DNA of 42,894 nucleotides from an uncultured Candidatus Saccharibacteria bacterium (GCA_964373875.1 CAYJWH010000003.1:1-42894), one strand, 5' to 3'; shown: positions 7,433 to 15,692, numbered from the stretch's first letter. Notes: generated by a model not told the origin, from the letters alone. A program made the numbers and translations.

Positions 7433-8125
7433 ATGAGACCAAAAACAACATTGTTTTTATTGATGTCCGTGGACGGGAAAATATCTACGGGAGACACCGA
7501 CATGATGGATGTCGATAAAGATTTTCCACAAATTGAGGGAATAAAAGAAGGTTTGAAGTAGTATTACGACCTTGAGCAACAAACAGACCTTTTTTCTTTG
7601 AATACTGGGCGGGTATTTGCGAAAGTGGGTATGAACGAGAAAACTGATGAACCAGTAAAACTCTCCATCAGTTTCGTCGTGATTGATAATGAGCCGCATC
7701 TTACCGAAAGGGGTGTGTCCTATCTGGCAAAGAAGGCAAAAAATCTCATCCTTGCCACAACGAATAAAAACCACCCCGCTTTTTCGCTACAGGAGAAATT
7801 CTTAAACCTCCATATTTTGATTTACGCAGAGCATATTGATTTTGTAGATTTGTTTCAGAAACTTGGTGAAAAGTATGGAGCTGATAAACTCACTATCCAA
7901 TCCGGTGGCACACTCAACACAACTTTGGTGAGGGATGGGTTGATAGATAGAGTTCTGCTTGTTGTCGCGCCTGCACTTATAGGCGGTAAGAATACTTCCA
8001 CATTGATGGACGGCGACTCGCTTCATGCCCCCGATGAGCTTTTCAAAATAAAGACGCTTGAGTTTGTTCAAGCAAAACCGCTTGAGCACTCCTACCTTTT
8101 GTTGGAATATAAAATTAGAAACTGA
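7433..8125 (+). pseudogene. RibD C-terminal / DHFR-like reductase family gene with in-frame TAG at 7559-7561
   Basis: ATG 7433 gives MRPKTTLFLLMSVDGKISTGD...EGLK*YYDLEQQTDLFSLNTGRV in the same frame as ORF 7598-8125 (SGGTLNTTL...VVAPALIGG). Confidence 0.6.
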
Positions 8126-8192
8126 AAGCAAAAGCCGATTTTCCTTGTAGAAGAAGGGTTCTAACTTCGTCCAGTACCAGGAGCCAAATAAA

Positions 8193-8226
8193 AATATCCT
8201 CTTATGGACGAGAGGATATTTGTTTC
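8193..8226 (+). terminator. Intrinsic terminator
   Basis: AATATCCTCT-tatggacg-AGAGGATATT then TGTTTC. Confidence 0.7.
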
Positions 8227-8281
8227 TTGAAGCGAGCCGGTTTATATCCGATTCCTTTGTGATAGACCATCACCATGTCAT

Positions 8282-8533
8282 TCAGGTATTTGGCCGCTTC
8301 CTTATAGAAATATATGAAAGGAACTTTTTTAATCCTTGATTCCGGTTCCGCCACTCGCTGATAGTTTTTATTACGAGCCGTTTACTGATAAAAATGAGAC
8401 GGCACTCGCCACAAAGAAAATAAGGCAATCTTAATGCTTGTATGGCATAATTTCTATTTTGAAGAGTTTCATGAACCGACCCCGGCTTATTACAGCGAGG
8501 ACAATAAAATTTAACATCTCCATCCTTTTCCAT
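8282..8533 (-). CDS. Small zinc-ribbon protein (CPRC...CGEC)
   Basis: AAGGAG 7 nt upstream of ATG at 8533; two CxxC pairs. Confidence 0.5.
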   Translation of the reverse strand: MEKDGDVKFYCPRCNKPGSVHETLQNRNYAIQALRLPYFLCGECRLIFISKRLVIKTISEWRNRNQGLKKFLSYISIRKRPNT

Positions 8534-8644
8534 GATGATCTCCTTTGGGGTTGAGATAAGTATAGCCATAATGGAACGTAAATATACAGCGGGTGTCAGT
8601 AACATTAATGGCTAAAATGTGGAAATACTTATACAATAAATGTC

Positions 8645-9301
8645 ATGGAATTTTTACTGGGAATGGACTTGGGCTCGTTTATCCGGACTATTGGTCTCGT
8701 AGGTATTTTTGCCGTGGTCTTTGCCGAGTCCGGGGTTCTTATCGGCCTGTTTTTACCCGGGGACTCGCTTCTTTTTACCGCGGGGCTTCTCGCTTCTCAA
8801 GGATTCGTAGATATAAAAATGCTGATGCTTGTAACTTTTTTGGGAGCGGTCTTGGGAGACAGCGTTGGCTACGCTTTTGGCAGGCGAGTAGGGCCAAGAT
8901 TTTTCACCAGAGAGGATTCTTTAATTTTCCGCAAGGAATATATCGTCCGGGCAAACGAGTTTTATGCCAAGCACGGAGGAAAAACAATCATACTTGCCCG
9001 GTTCTTGCCGATCGTCAGAACTCTTGCTCCTATTCTTGCCGGAGTTGGCAGGATGCGCTACGAGACATTTCTTTTATATAATGTTTTCGGCGCAATCCTT
9101 TGGGCGGTTGGCCTAACCGGACTTGGATTCTGGCTCGGAAACATTATTCCCGGCATTGATCGCTATATTATTCCGATAGTCCTTCTTATCATCATATTTT
9201 CCCTTCTTCCCGGATTCTTTCAAGTTTTAAAAAATAAGGAAAACCGCGCGTATATTAAAAATCTTTTTTCGGGTCTCTTTAATCGCTTCCGCTCATTGTA
9301 A
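8645..9301 (+). CDS. DedA family membrane protein
   Basis: VFAESGVLIGLFLPGDSLLFTAG and ARFLPIVRTLAPILAG motifs; multiple TMs. Confidence 0.85.
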   Translation: MEFLLGMDLGSFIRTIGLVGIFAVVFAESGVLIGLFLPGDSLLFTAGLLASQGFVDIKMLMLVTFLGAVLGDSVGYAFGRRVGPRFFTREDSLIFRKEYIVRANEFYAKHGGKTIILARFLPIVRTLAPILAGVGRMRYETFLLYNVFGAILWAVGLTGLGFWLGNIIPGIDRYIIPIVLLIIIFSLLPGFFQVLKNKENRAYIKNLFSGLFNRFRSL

Positions 9302-9330
9302 TTTAATGACCACTATGCTAAAAATTATGC

Positions 9331-9867
9331 ATGTTTAATTTGCCGAAAGTAGGAGAGAGAACGCCAGATTTCTCCCAAGCCACCGCGTATCATAATAGTA
9401 TTTTCAAGAAAGTATCGCTTAGCGACTACCAAAAAAAGTGGCTCGTATTTTTCTTTTACCCTCGTGATTTCACTTTTGTTTGTCCTACTGAAATTGAAGG
9501 GTTCGCGGATTTGGAAAAGGAATTTGAAGAGGCGGGGGCAAAAATACTCGCCTGCTCAACAGACAGCGAGTGGTCTCACAAAAATTGGTTTGAAACTGAC
9601 GAGCGTCTGAAAAAAGTTAAATATCCGGTCATTGCGGACACTACGCACGAAATTTCTAGCGCTTATAATATACTTGGGAAAGATGGAGCGTCCCAACGGG
9701 GAACTTTCATCATTGATCCAGAAGGAATATTACGTTTAATTACTATTTCAGATAATTCAGTAGGCCGTTCCATAAAAGAAACTCTGCGGGTTTTAAAAGC
9801 CCTGCAGACTGGAGAGCTTTGTCCAATAGAATGGGAACCGGGAGAAGCAACTTTGAAAGGGAAGTAA
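9331..9867 (+). CDS. 2-Cys peroxiredoxin (AhpC/Prx1 type)
   Basis: FFFYPRDFTFVCPTE peroxidatic Cys; C-terminal GELCPIEW resolving Cys. Confidence 0.9.
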   Translation: MFNLPKVGERTPDFSQATAYHNSIFKKVSLSDYQKKWLVFFFYPRDFTFVCPTEIEGFADLEKEFEEAGAKILACSTDSEWSHKNWFETDERLKKVKYPVIADTTHEISSAYNILGKDGASQRGTFIIDPEGILRLITISDNSVGRSIKETLRVLKALQTGELCPIEWEPGEATLKGK

Positions 9868-9906
9868 TCTAAAATCCCCTTCGACAAAGCTCAGGGGATT
9901 TTAGAT
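9867..9906. terminator. Bidirectional hairpin
   Basis: ATCTAAAATCCCCT-12 nt-AGGGGATTTTAGAT between convergent genes. Confidence 0.75.
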
Positions 9907-9921
9907 TTATCTCTTCAAAAA

Positions 9922-10305
9922 TTACATGCCCTCCACCATCTTTCGTCCGCTCCACCAAGCCCACAAGGCCCATACACCTACTACTAGGTGTAGGACAAGG
10001 TCCGCGGGGGTCTCCAGGTTTGCTCCAAGTAGGTTATCATAGCCAAGGTTGTACAAGGCGACAAGTATGCCTACTACTCCCACGAGGAGTGTAACCAATC
10101 CCTGCAAGCCCGCGCCAAGAGTATAGGCAACAACGAGTGCCACTACACCCAAGACGAGATGCGCCCAGTTCTCGGCATTGTCAAACCACCAAAACGAGCC
10201 AAAAATGCTCGAATCCGGCGTAGGTCCGATAACGCCCAAAAATCCGGCGAGTCCCACGACTACGAGTACCACTCCACCAATCGTCAAAAATTGTTTTGGA
10301 TTCAT
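9922..10305 (-). CDS. Small integral membrane protein (4 TM, DUF4383-like)
   Basis: Hydrophobic G/V/L-rich helices; NAENWAHLVLG motif. Confidence 0.6.
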   Translation of the reverse strand: MNPKQFLTIGGVVLVVVGLAGFLGVIGPTPDSSIFGSFWWFDNAENWAHLVLGVVALVVAYTLGAGLQGLVTLLVGVVGILVALYNLGYDNLLGANLETPADLVLHLVVGVWALWAWWSGRKMVEGM

Positions 10306-10386
10306 TACGATAAAATTACATTACAAAAACCGACCTTTTCCTGCATAGCCCTATTATAAGGTATTGTTTTTAAGCGACAAAATAGG

Positions 10387-10395
10387 TTTTCCACA
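10387..10395 (+). promoter_or_regulatory. DnaA-box-like variant TTTTCCACA(CC)
   Basis: One mismatch to TTATCCACA, 5 nt upstream of the nifS -35. Confidence 0.25.
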
Positions 10396-10400
10396 CCCCG

Positions 10401-10429
10401 TTGACTATGGGGTGATTTCAAGGTAAAAT
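10401..10429 (+). promoter_or_regulatory. Sigma-70-type promoter TTGACT-17-TAAAAT for nifS
   Basis: Exact 17-nt spacer; -10 ends 11 nt before ATG 10441; no SD. Confidence 0.5.
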
Positions 10430-10440
10430 TCAGCTACTTT

Positions 10441-11760
10441 ATGCGGGAAGTATATCTTGATCATGCGGCTACGACCTACCTTGATCCGCGAGTAAAGGAG
10501 GCGATGGAGCCGTACTGGGAGATAGAATATGGCAATCCATCGAGTCTTTATCGCTCGGGACGCAGGGCAAAGGACGGACTGGATGAAGCGCGCACAACTA
10601 TTGCGCGGATTTTGAATTGCAAACCGGAAGAAATAATTTTTACCGGCGGAGGTACAGAGGCGATAAATCTTGCTATCTTCGGCGTGGCCCGTTCCTATTC
10701 TAATGTTCTCAAGAACATTAGAATAGGAACGGCGGATGAGCATACGGCGTCTCGGGGCCATCTCATTACTTCCAAAATTGAGCACCACGCCGTACTTCAT
10801 TCAATGGAGGCGCTAAGCAAAGAAGGGTTTGAAGTTACTTACCTAGACGTGGATGAATATGGTTTGGTTGATCCGATAAATCTTCGTCAGGCAATTCGTC
10901 CGGACACGATTTTGGTATCAATAATGTACGCGAATAACGAGATTGGAACTATTGAACCCATTGAGGAAATTGGGAAAATAATTAAAGAAATCCGCGTAGA
11001 AAGAAAAGCCGCGGGCACCAGTACTCCGATATTTTTTCATACCGACGCTTGTCAGGCGGCTGGGTCTTTGGATATGGAAGTAGAAAAACTTGGGGTGGAT
11101 CTGCTTGCCTTCAACGGATCTAAAATTTATGGACCCAAAGGGGTTGGCGCGCTTTATATGCGCCGAGGTGTCAGAGTGAAGCCAATTATATACGGCGGAG
11201 GACAGGAAAATAATCTTCGCTCCGGAACGGAAAATGTCCCCGGGATAGTTGGGTTTGCCAAAGCGTTTGAGCTGGCGCAAAAAGAGCAAGAGAAAGAAAA
11301 TGAACGCCTGACAGAACTACGGGATTATCTTACGGGCCGGCTTCTAAAAGAAATTCCCAAAACGGTTCTCAACGGCCATCCCGTGAGGCGGCTTCCCAAT
11401 AACGTAAATGTTTCTGTCCTAGATATTGAAGGGGAGGGGGTTATTCTTTATTTGGATGCCAAAGGAGTTTATATTTCTACCGGATCGGCTTGCACTTCCA
11501 CCACTCTTGATCCCTCGCATGTGATTCTGGCCATCGGCCAGCCATATGAGTACGCGCACGGCTCTTTGCGCTTTACCTTGGGGAAAAGAACCACCAAAGA
11601 GGACCTCGATTATGTTATGGAAGTTTTCCCCGGAGTAGTGGAGAAATTGCGCAAAATGTCTCCGGTTCGCATGGAGGTCGGACAAAAAGAAGTTTCGCAT
11701 CCGGAAGCATTTGCCGGTCAGGGGTCAAAGATAAAAGTAGGAGGGAAGACGTACAAATAA
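10441..11760 (+). CDS. nifS: Cysteine desulfurase (NifS/IscS class, PLP-dependent) carrying an in-frame palindromic insertion
   Basis: HTDACQAAG, FNGSKIYGPKG (PLP Lys), SGSACTS (active Cys); extra about 15 aa at RSYSNVLKNIRIGT. Confidence 0.9.
   Translation: MREVYLDHAATTYLDPRVKEAMEPYWEIEYGNPSSLYRSGRRAKDGLDEARTTIARILNCKPEEIIFTGGGTEAINLAIFGVARSYSNVLKNIRIGTADEHTASRGHLITSKIEHHAVLHSMEALSKEGFEVTYLDVDEYGLVDPINLRQAIRPDTILVSIMYANNEIGTIEPIEEIGKIIKEIRVERKAAGTSTPIFFHTDACQAAGSLDMEVEKLGVDLLAFNGSKIYGPKGVGALYMRRGVRVKPIIYGGGQENNLRSGTENVPGIVGFAKAFELAQKEQEKENERLTELRDYLTGRLLKEIPKTVLNGHPVRRLPNNVNVSVLDIEGEGVILYLDAKGVYISTGSACTSTTLDPSHVILAIGQPYEYAHGSLRFTLGKRTTKEDLDYVMEVFPGVVEKLRKMSPVRMEVGQKEVSHPEAFAGQGSKIKVGGKTYK
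10689..10732. repeat. 44-bp near-perfect palindrome inside nifS
   Basis: CCGTTCCTATTCTAATGTTCT-ca-AGAACATTAGAATAGGAACGG; 21-bp arms; open in frame. Confidence 0.9.
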
Positions 11761-11770
11761 AGGGCTTTGT

Positions 11771-11806
11771 CTGAAATTTCGAGCGTAGTTCGCGAAGAAA
11801 TTTCAG
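11771..11806 (+). other. Hairpin after nifS (no T-run)
   Basis: CTGAAATTTC-16 nt-GAAATTTCAG. Confidence 0.5.
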
Positions 11807-11819
11807 CTGCCAAACCTTT

Positions 11820-11925
11820 ACCCCGCTCTTACTCTACTACTAAATCGAAAATATAGAGTAAGTGGCAATATCAGATAAACTTCTAAGGTGTATATCATAA
11901 GTCAGCAGTAGAGTAAGGGCGGGGT
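11820..11925. repeat. Family-2 TIR element (106 bp)
   Basis: ACCCCGCTCTTACTCTACTAC ... GCAGTAGAGTAAGGGCGGGGT, about 21-bp inverted termini. Confidence 0.8.
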
Positions 11926-11983
11926 GCTCATAATTTCAGCGAAAAGTTTGTTTGCTGAAGCTCCAAATTTTCGAAAATTATGG

Positions 11984-12008
11984 CAAAAAATACAGGGTTG
12001 ACCCTGTA
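11984..12008 (-). terminator. Intrinsic terminator for CDS 12023-12493
   Basis: Minus strand: TACAGGGT-ca-ACCCTGTA followed by T7. Confidence 0.7.
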
Positions 12009-12022
12009 AATAGTGTTGGTTG

Positions 12023-12493
12023 TCAGCGCGTAAGACCAAGCTCAACTGGGATACCGTTTTGCTTCATAAAATCCTGAATGTCATCCACGACTTCCATTTT
12101 AAGTTCGTATTCTCGGCGGTGCCTCTCGACGTTGTCTGTCGAGATGTTGAAAGTAGGAACAGGGATCGGGATTTCAAATTTTGTTTTTTCGCGCGGTATG
12201 GGTCTGGCGTTGAAGCGCTGACGCAGAAGTTCCGCTAATTTTTGCTCGGATCCTACCGGAGCGCTAAAGGCTGGTTTGATGATAAAAGGTTGCCAGATTA
12301 CCATTGAGAGATCTTCTTCCAAAATAGTCACGTGCAGTCCAAGCGCTTTTAGTGTATCTTGGGGGTTGTCAGGGAAGATCCCGGTTATTCCCCCGCTTTC
12401 GTCGAACCTTGTTATGGTGGCTTTGGGAAAGTTGCTGGTAACGATCGAGACAATGTCAAGGTCCTTTGGTCCGTAGACAATACAGCGCGGCAT
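12023..12493 (-). CDS. Hypothetical protein (156 aa)
   Basis: Clean ORF with its own terminator; no recognisable motif. Confidence 0.5.
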   Translation of the reverse strand: MPRCIVYGPKDLDIVSIVTSNFPKATITRFDESGGITGIFPDNPQDTLKALGLHVTILEEDLSMVIWQPFIIKPAFSAPVGSEQKLAELLRQRFNARPIPREKTKFEIPIPVPTFNISTDNVERHRREYELKMEVVDDIQDFMKQNGIPVELGLTR

Positions 12494-12561
12494 ATCTTTT
12501 CCTTTAAGTAACTGGTTATCAGTAGAGCATGATTAAAATTGAAAATCAAGAGAGGCTGGAA

Positions 12562-12587
12562 TAAAAAAATAGCCGAGAATTTCGGCT
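12562..12587 (-). terminator. Intrinsic terminator for CDS 12588-12794
   Basis: Minus strand: AGCCGAAATTCTCGGCT followed by ATTTTTTT. Confidence 0.7.
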
Positions 12588-12794
12588 TTAGTTTCTGCTC
12601 GCAAGCAGGGATGTATGAATCAAATCATGACGAGCATCGGCTGGCGTCACCCGGCGAGTCAGTCGATCTCCGCAAGGGCACGTTACATAAAGATTATATC
12701 CTTTGACAGTAAGACCTGTCGTCATTTTCTCGGCCTTTCCGCACAATTCGTGAGCTGTGAGAAATTCTTGAACGTCATTCCATACACCTGGCAT
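12588..12794 (-). CDS. Small hypothetical protein (68 aa, CPCG motif)
   Basis: ORF plus an immediately adjacent terminator. Confidence 0.4.
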   Translation of the reverse strand: MPGVWNDVQEFLTAHELCGKAEKMTTGLTVKGYNLYVTCPCGDRLTRRVTPADARHDLIHTSLLASRN

Positions 12795-12855
12795 TGAAAG
12801 ATCTCCTATAAGCTTTACAAACTATACAATATAATAATCTAAATAGCAAACTATG

Positions 12856-12955
12856 CCCCGTGCCACAACTAACGTGGATCTGGCATAAACTATAGATTAT
12901 AAGATAAATAACACAATCTAGTAAAAATTTATTTTACGAAGGTTGTGGCACAGGG
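12856..12955. repeat. Family-2-like TIR element (100 bp) ending 1 nt before the nifU ATG
   Basis: CCCCGTGCCACAAC ... GTTGTGGCACAGGG, 14-bp arms with 1 mismatch. Confidence 0.65.
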
Positions 12956-12956
12956 T

Positions 12957-13727
12957 ATGGAGCCAAATCCGAAAATTGATATAAACGCCGATGTCGTGAA
13001 CCAATTCACCCCGCACAAAACTTCAGCGACGGCTGAAGTTTTAGCGGGGCAAGCCGGCGAGAATAATATACAGCCAAAAGTAGATGTCAAAGCGGATGTC
13101 GTCAACCAGTTTACGGGCGAGAAATGGTACTACACGGATATCGTCAAAGAACATTTTTTCAATCCAAGAAATTTGATGCTTGAAGATCCGGACGAGTCGC
13201 AGTATCAGGCCACAGGCATGGTGGGGAGTCCAGCGTGCGGAGATATGATGAAGATGTGGTTGAAAATTGAGCCGGGTACGGAGAAAGTTAAAGAAATGAA
13301 ATGGCGTACGTTCGGCTGTGGTTCCGCAATTGCCGCCACCTCCATGTTTAGCGTAATGGTTACGGAAAATGACGGACTGCCAATCGGGGAAGCATTGAAA
13401 ATCAAGCCACAGCACATTATGGAACGCTTGGGCGGACTGCCGAATCGCAAGATTCACTGTTCCGTCCTCGCCGACAAAGCTTTTCGCAAAGCGGCTAATG
13501 ATTATTTTCGCAGGATGGGCCAAAACGAGCGTATTATGATAGAAGGAGCGCGGGTGATTGACGCGAAACTTAATATAACCGATAAAGATATTGAGGAGGC
13601 GGTACTGGAAGGCGCAATGGATTTGGACGGAGTGCAAAAAAAATTAAAAGTCGGCGTAGGGTCGCCTGAAATTATTACGGAGGTTGAACAACTAATAAGA
13701 TTTTACAAAGAGAAATATTATGGGTAA
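12957..13727 (+). CDS. nifU: NifU/IscU-type Fe-S scaffold with unusual N-terminal extension
   Basis: GSPACGD, FGCGSAIA, HCSVLA cluster-ligand motifs; the track's GTG 12945 start lies inside the repeat, so ATG 12957 is preferred. Confidence 0.85.
   Translation: MEPNPKIDINADVVNQFTPHKTSATAEVLAGQAGENNIQPKVDVKADVVNQFTGEKWYYTDIVKEHFFNPRNLMLEDPDESQYQATGMVGSPACGDMMKMWLKIEPGTEKVKEMKWRTFGCGSAIAATSMFSVMVTENDGLPIGEALKIKPQHIMERLGGLPNRKIHCSVLADKAFRKAANDYFRRMGQNERIMIEGARVIDAKLNITDKDIEEAVLEGAMDLDGVQKKLKVGVGSPEIITEVEQLIRFYKEKYYG
13017..13042 (+). repeat. Perfect hairpin inside the nifU N-terminal extension
   Basis: AAAACTTCAGC-gacg-GCTGAAGTTTT, 11-bp stem; encodes KTSATAEVL. Confidence 0.85.
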
Positions 13728-13736
13728 TATAAGGCC

Positions 13737-13916
13737 ATGAATCAACGATTACGTACCAAAATAAAACCGTCGCTGTATCCGCTCCTCATTTCAAGGGATC
13801 GGCTTTCGGTTTGGGAGAAAGTTAAGGGAATGTGGAAAAATCGGAAACCGGAGCCGATCCTAGAACTTAAAAAAATGCGTAGAGAGTGGGATCGCAAATT
13901 ACCGCCTCTACATTAA
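13737..13916 (+). CDS. Putative antitoxin (59 aa) upstream of VapC
   Basis: ATG 13737 to TAA 13914-13916, 3 nt before the PIN gene; below the 60-aa cut-off of the ORF track. Confidence 0.5.
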   Translation: MNQRLRTKIKPSLYPLLISRDRLSVWEKVKGMWKNRKPEPILELKKMRREWDRKLPPLH

Positions 13917-13919
13917 AGC

Positions 13920-14291
13920 GTGTATACCCTGGATACCAACGCAATAATTTATTACCTGAAGAATGATTCGGCTGTTGTCTTCGCAATACGTAAAATCATG
14001 GCTGGTAGTCCTACAATTTACATCTCGGCTATAACCGAGATCGAACTTTTTAGTTTCTCTGATCTGACCGAATTGGAGAGCGAAGAAATAGAGTTGGTTT
14101 TGCGAACCCTCGCGATTATCCCCCTGGATTCCCGCATCGCGCGCACCGCAGGGTTTCTGCGCAGTAACTATCGGCTCAAGATTGCTGACAGCGCTATTGC
14201 CGCCACCGCTTTATTTACGGGAACGACTTTGGTTACCCGCAATGTTCAAGATTTCAAGAAAGTTCAAGAACTTAAAGTAAGGAAAGTTTAG
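13920..14291 (+). CDS. vapC: PIN-domain toxin VapC
   Basis: LDTNAIIYY (Asp), ITEIE (Glu), IADSAIAATA (Asp), TRNVQDF. Confidence 0.8.
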   Translation: MYTLDTNAIIYYLKNDSAVVFAIRKIMAGSPTIYISAITEIELFSFSDLTELESEEIELVLRTLAIIPLDSRIARTAGFLRSNYRLKIADSAIAATALFTGTTLVTRNVQDFKKVQELKVRKV

Positions 14292-14341
14292 AATAAAAAA
14301 AATAGCCCGCACGGTTCCGGGCCTGGATTAACAAATACGCT

Positions 14342-14620
14342 ATGGATAGTCAAGGAGCAGCACAGAATCAAGAGAATCAGCCGTCACCAGAGAAAAAGCC
14401 TTTGAAAATAGGGAAAATTGTCGTTGACCGAAATCTTTGTATTGGGGCGGCATCCTGCATTGCCGTAGCGCCCGGTGTTTTTGAGCTTGATTCCGAAAAT
14501 AAAGCGGTAGTATATAATGATAAGGGCGCGGATGACGAGACGATTCTGCTTGCGGCCAAATCCTGCCCTACTCAGGCGATTCTCGTCTTTGATGATGAAG
14601 GTAATCAAATTTTCCCGTAG
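14342..14620 (+). CDS. Small single-cluster ferredoxin
   Basis: DRNLCIGAASCIAVAPGVFELD ... KSCPTQAI. Confidence 0.8.
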   Translation: MDSQGAAQNQENQPSPEKKPLKIGKIVVDRNLCIGAASCIAVAPGVFELDSENKAVVYNDKGADDETILLAAKSCPTQAILVFDDEGNQIFP

Positions 14621-14781
14621 GGCTTTGTCCAAAATTTTGAGAATCAAAATTTTGGTTACAAAACCTACGCCCTGCACTAATTTGAATACGTGCCAACAAA
14701 ATAGATAACCGAGCCGAAGGCGCATCCGCGAGTGTTACAACAATTGAAGAAATACTCCAGCCGAAATTAGTGCGCGGGCTA
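14621..14781 (-). repeat. Family-2 composite element, copy A (TIR core 14668-14781 plus CAAAATTTTG hairpin 14629-14655)
   Basis: Its reverse complement aligns end-to-end with copy B (16048-16221): TAGCCCnCGCACTAATTTCGG ... CGCGGnTnCGCCTTCGGCTCG ... CAAATTAGTGCnGGGC ... GTTTTGTA ... GACAAAGCC. Confidence 0.85.
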
Positions 14782-14819
14782 AATCTATTTTATCTTGAAA
14801 TATCAGTAACCAACAAAAT

Positions 14820-15413
14820 ATGTACGAACCAAAAAATTATGATCATTTGATAGGCACTCCCGGCTTTAGCGACCAGCTCCTTAAAAATCACTTTATCCTA
14901 TATCAGGGATATGTGAAAAATGTGAATACGATTTTACAGGAGCTCGAATCTATGTCCAAAGAAGGAAAAACAGGAACTCCCGCGTATGCCGAACTCCATA
15001 GAAGGTTTGGATGGGAATTTAACGGCATGCGCCTGCATGAATTGTATTTTGGCAACATGAAAAATGGGGGATCAAAACTCGATCCTGCCTCCAAACTGTG
15101 GGCGCAAATGGATAAAGATTTTGGCCCTAAACCTGCTTGGAGGAATGATTTTAAAGCGGTTGGCGCCATGCGCGGCATCGGCTGGGCTGTTTTATACTAT
15201 GATCCTGAAAGCAAAGAACTTTTTAACGTGTGGGTAAACGAGCATGACGTGGGGCATCTTGCCGGCGCCGTGCCATTGCTTGTCCTCGATATTTTTGAGC
15301 ATGCCTACGTTTTGGATTACGGGTTGAAACGCGCTGATTACATCGAGGCCTTTTTTGAAGCGATTGATTGGAGTATCGTGGAAACGAGGCTAAACCTCTA
15401 TAGCGGACTATAG
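14820..15413 (+). CDS. Fe/Mn-family superoxide dismutase; last 7 codons and the stop are supplied by REP sequence
   Basis: DIFEHAYVLDYG...DYIEAFF.AIDW C-terminal signature; NHF and RLHELYF His ligands. Confidence 0.8.
   Translation: MYEPKNYDHLIGTPGFSDQLLKNHFILYQGYVKNVNTILQELESMSKEGKTGTPAYAELHRRFGWEFNGMRLHELYFGNMKNGGSKLDPASKLWAQMDKDFGPKPAWRNDFKAVGAMRGIGWAVLYYDPESKELFNVWVNEHDVGHLAGAVPLLVLDIFEHAYVLDYGLKRADYIEAFFEAIDWSIVETRLNLYSGL
15382..15403 (-). repeat. REP copy (degenerate 5' arm), loop CTAAA
   Basis: aaacGAGG-CTAAA-CCTCTATAG; forms a doublet with 15408-15430. Confidence 0.7.
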
Positions 15414-15430
15414 AGGTTTAGCCTCTATAG
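15408..15430 (+). repeat. REP copy (perfect)
   Basis: CTATAGAGG-TTTAG-CCTCTATAG; contains the SOD stop TAG 15411-15413. Confidence 0.95.
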
Positions 15431-15440
15431 TTTATACAAA

Positions 15441-15659
15441 ATGCAGCAGCAAATAGAACAAGCACTTGAAGAAATCCGTCCCATGCTAGCACGGCATTTG
15501 GGTAATATTGAATTTGTGAATTTTGAAAATGGAGTTGTACGTATCCGGTTTCTCGGAACTTGTCACGGCTGTCCGCTATCGCAATTGACTCTCAAGGCGG
15601 GAGTTGAGGAAATGCTCAAATCAAAGATTCCGGAGGTTGCATCGGTGGAGGCGGTGTGA
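15441..15659 (+). CDS. Nfu/NifU C-terminal-domain Fe-S carrier
   Basis: GTCHGCPLS CxxC motif; 72 aa. Confidence 0.8.
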   Translation: MQQQIEQALEEIRPMLARHLGNIEFVNFENGVVRIRFLGTCHGCPLSQLTLKAGVEEMLKSKIPEVASVEAV

Positions 15660-15692
15660 TACTCTTGGTTCAGGACCCAAAAGAGGCAAGCA

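Noticed and set aside
8593-9081. 162-aa plus-strand ORF overlapping the DedA gene in another frame
   Set aside because: The DedA frame carries clear family motifs and TM helices. The alternative frame is Arg/Gly/Cys-rich with no features.
13041-13637. 198-aa minus-strand ORF
   Set aside because: It is a shadow frame of the conserved nifU gene.
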